A stretch of DNA of 26,736 bases from positions 1 to 26,736 of the IMG/VR virus record IMGVR_UViG_3300004804_000025; one strand, 5' to 3'. The first letter of the stretch is position 1. The number at the start of each line of letters is the position of its first letter. Source of the DNA: a virus (lineage: Duplodnaviria; Caudoviricetes). This document shows, in pieces, positions 25,883 through 26,736 of the stretch. Under the pieces are notes generated by a model, which worked only from the letters and a program-made list of their open reading frames with translations, did no database searches and was not told the origin of the DNA. Made by a program: the position numbers and the translations under genes.

Positions 25883-26736
25883 GTGACTAAAACACTTTTA
25901 GTAGACGGAAACAATTTATTCAAAATAGGATTTCACGGAGTAAGAGATTTATACAGTGATGGAGACCATTTAGGTGGAATCTATCACTTTATAAACATCC
26001 TTAGAAAATTCTTAGAAGAACATGACCACGATAAGGTGGTTGTATTTTGGGATTCCAATTCCTCCATCCGTAAATCAATTTACCCACAATATAAGGCGAA
26101 CAGACGCCAAGATATGAATGAGTACAAGTACGAGTCGTATCTTAATCAACAATCAAGGGTTAAACAATACCTCGAAGAAATTTTTGTAAGACAAGTTGAA
26201 ATGATTGATAATGAGGCAGATGACCTTATCGCCTATTATTGTAAGATTGCTACCGATGAGCAGATAATCATCTTCTCAGCTGATAAGGACCTTACCCAGT
26301 TGATTAACGAGAATATCAGCGTGTATTCTCCCATCTCAAAGCAATACTTCGGTAATGGGGATAATATCGTCATTAATAAGGTTAACATTCCACATTATAA
26401 TGTTTTACTTTGTAAAATATTCACAGGAGACAAATCAGATAACATAGATGGTATCGAAGGTCTCGGAGAAAAAACTTTAATAAAGTATTTCCCTCAAGTG
26501 CAGGAAAAACCCTGCACTGTGGAAGAATTACTCGATATTGCACGAAATATCCCGCAAAAGAAACCTATTAAAACTTTATCAAATCTTTTGACTGGTAAAA
26601 CAAAATCAACTATACTTGGAGAAGAGTTTTATATCACAAACAAAAAAATTGTTGACCTCACGAACCCATTGATTACAGATGATGGAAAGACATTAGTTGA
26701 ACAAATAATCACAGACATAATTGACCCCACCGATAG
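25883..26736 (+). CDS. 5'-3' exonuclease / flap endonuclease (PolA N-terminal, T4 RNase H-like), truncated by the window edge
   Basis: GTG start. Hand translation shows LLVDGNNL, VVFWD, YPQYKANR, EADDLIA, SADKDLTQL and GDKSDNIDGIEGLGEKT (H3TH). Open to the window end and not in the ORF track. Confidence 0.93.
   Translation, partial: MTKTLLVDGNNLFKIGFHGVRDLYSDGDHLGGIYHFINILRKFLEEHDHDKVVVFWDSNSSIRKSIYPQYKANRRQDMNEYKYESYLNQQSRVKQYLEEIFVRQVEMIDNEADDLIAYYCKIATDEQIIIFSADKDLTQLINENISVYSPISKQYFGNGDNIVINKVNIPHYNVLLCKIFTGDKSDNIDGIEGLGEKTLIKYFPQVQEKPCTVEELLDIARNIPQKKPIKTLSNLLTGKTKSTILGEEFYITNKKIVDLTNPLITDDGKTLVEQIITDIIDPTD

Noticed and set aside
1-26736. Stop-codon reassignment (almost all genes end in TAA, none in TAG)
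   Set aside because: The standard code yields full-length, tightly packed genes with no in-frame TAG/TGA interruptions. TAA bias is expected in AT-rich DNA.
1-26736. CRISPR array, tRNA/rRNA genes, DGR repeats
   Set aside because: Intergenic gaps are all under ~120 nt. I saw no spaced direct repeats, cloverleaf structures or TR/VR-like pairs by eye.

Overview
AT-rich, densely coding segment of a large contractile-tailed (myovirus-type) dsDNA phage, read in the standard genetic code. The left edge holds the 5' end of a divergent minus-strand gene. A + strand virion morphogenesis module follows: putative neck and tail-completion proteins, a 1069-aa tail sheath, an inserted HAD-family phosphatase, tail tube, tail assembly chaperone with an apparent +1/-2 frameshift extension, tape measure, a 1679-aa tube-initiator-like baseplate protein containing an OmpA-like domain, a LysM/gp53-like protein, a 2578-aa hub-like protein with glucosaminidase-like and IPT/TIG domains, and two small late proteins. 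After a terminator and a host-type promoter comes a replication/recombination module: gp32-like SSB, a hypothetical protein, a RecA/UvsX recombinase and a 5'-3' exonuclease running off the right edge. Four coding regions absent from the ORF track were read by hand: 1..98(-), 1701..1859(-, ribbon-helix-helix-like), 7438..7593(+, frameshift extension) and 25883..end(+). A TATTTAT motif precedes most late genes. The lack of Shine-Dalgarno sites, TTG-N20-TATATTT promoters and an SSB ending in DLPF hint at a Bacteroidota host (inference). All product calls come from motif recognition and gene order, not from database searches.
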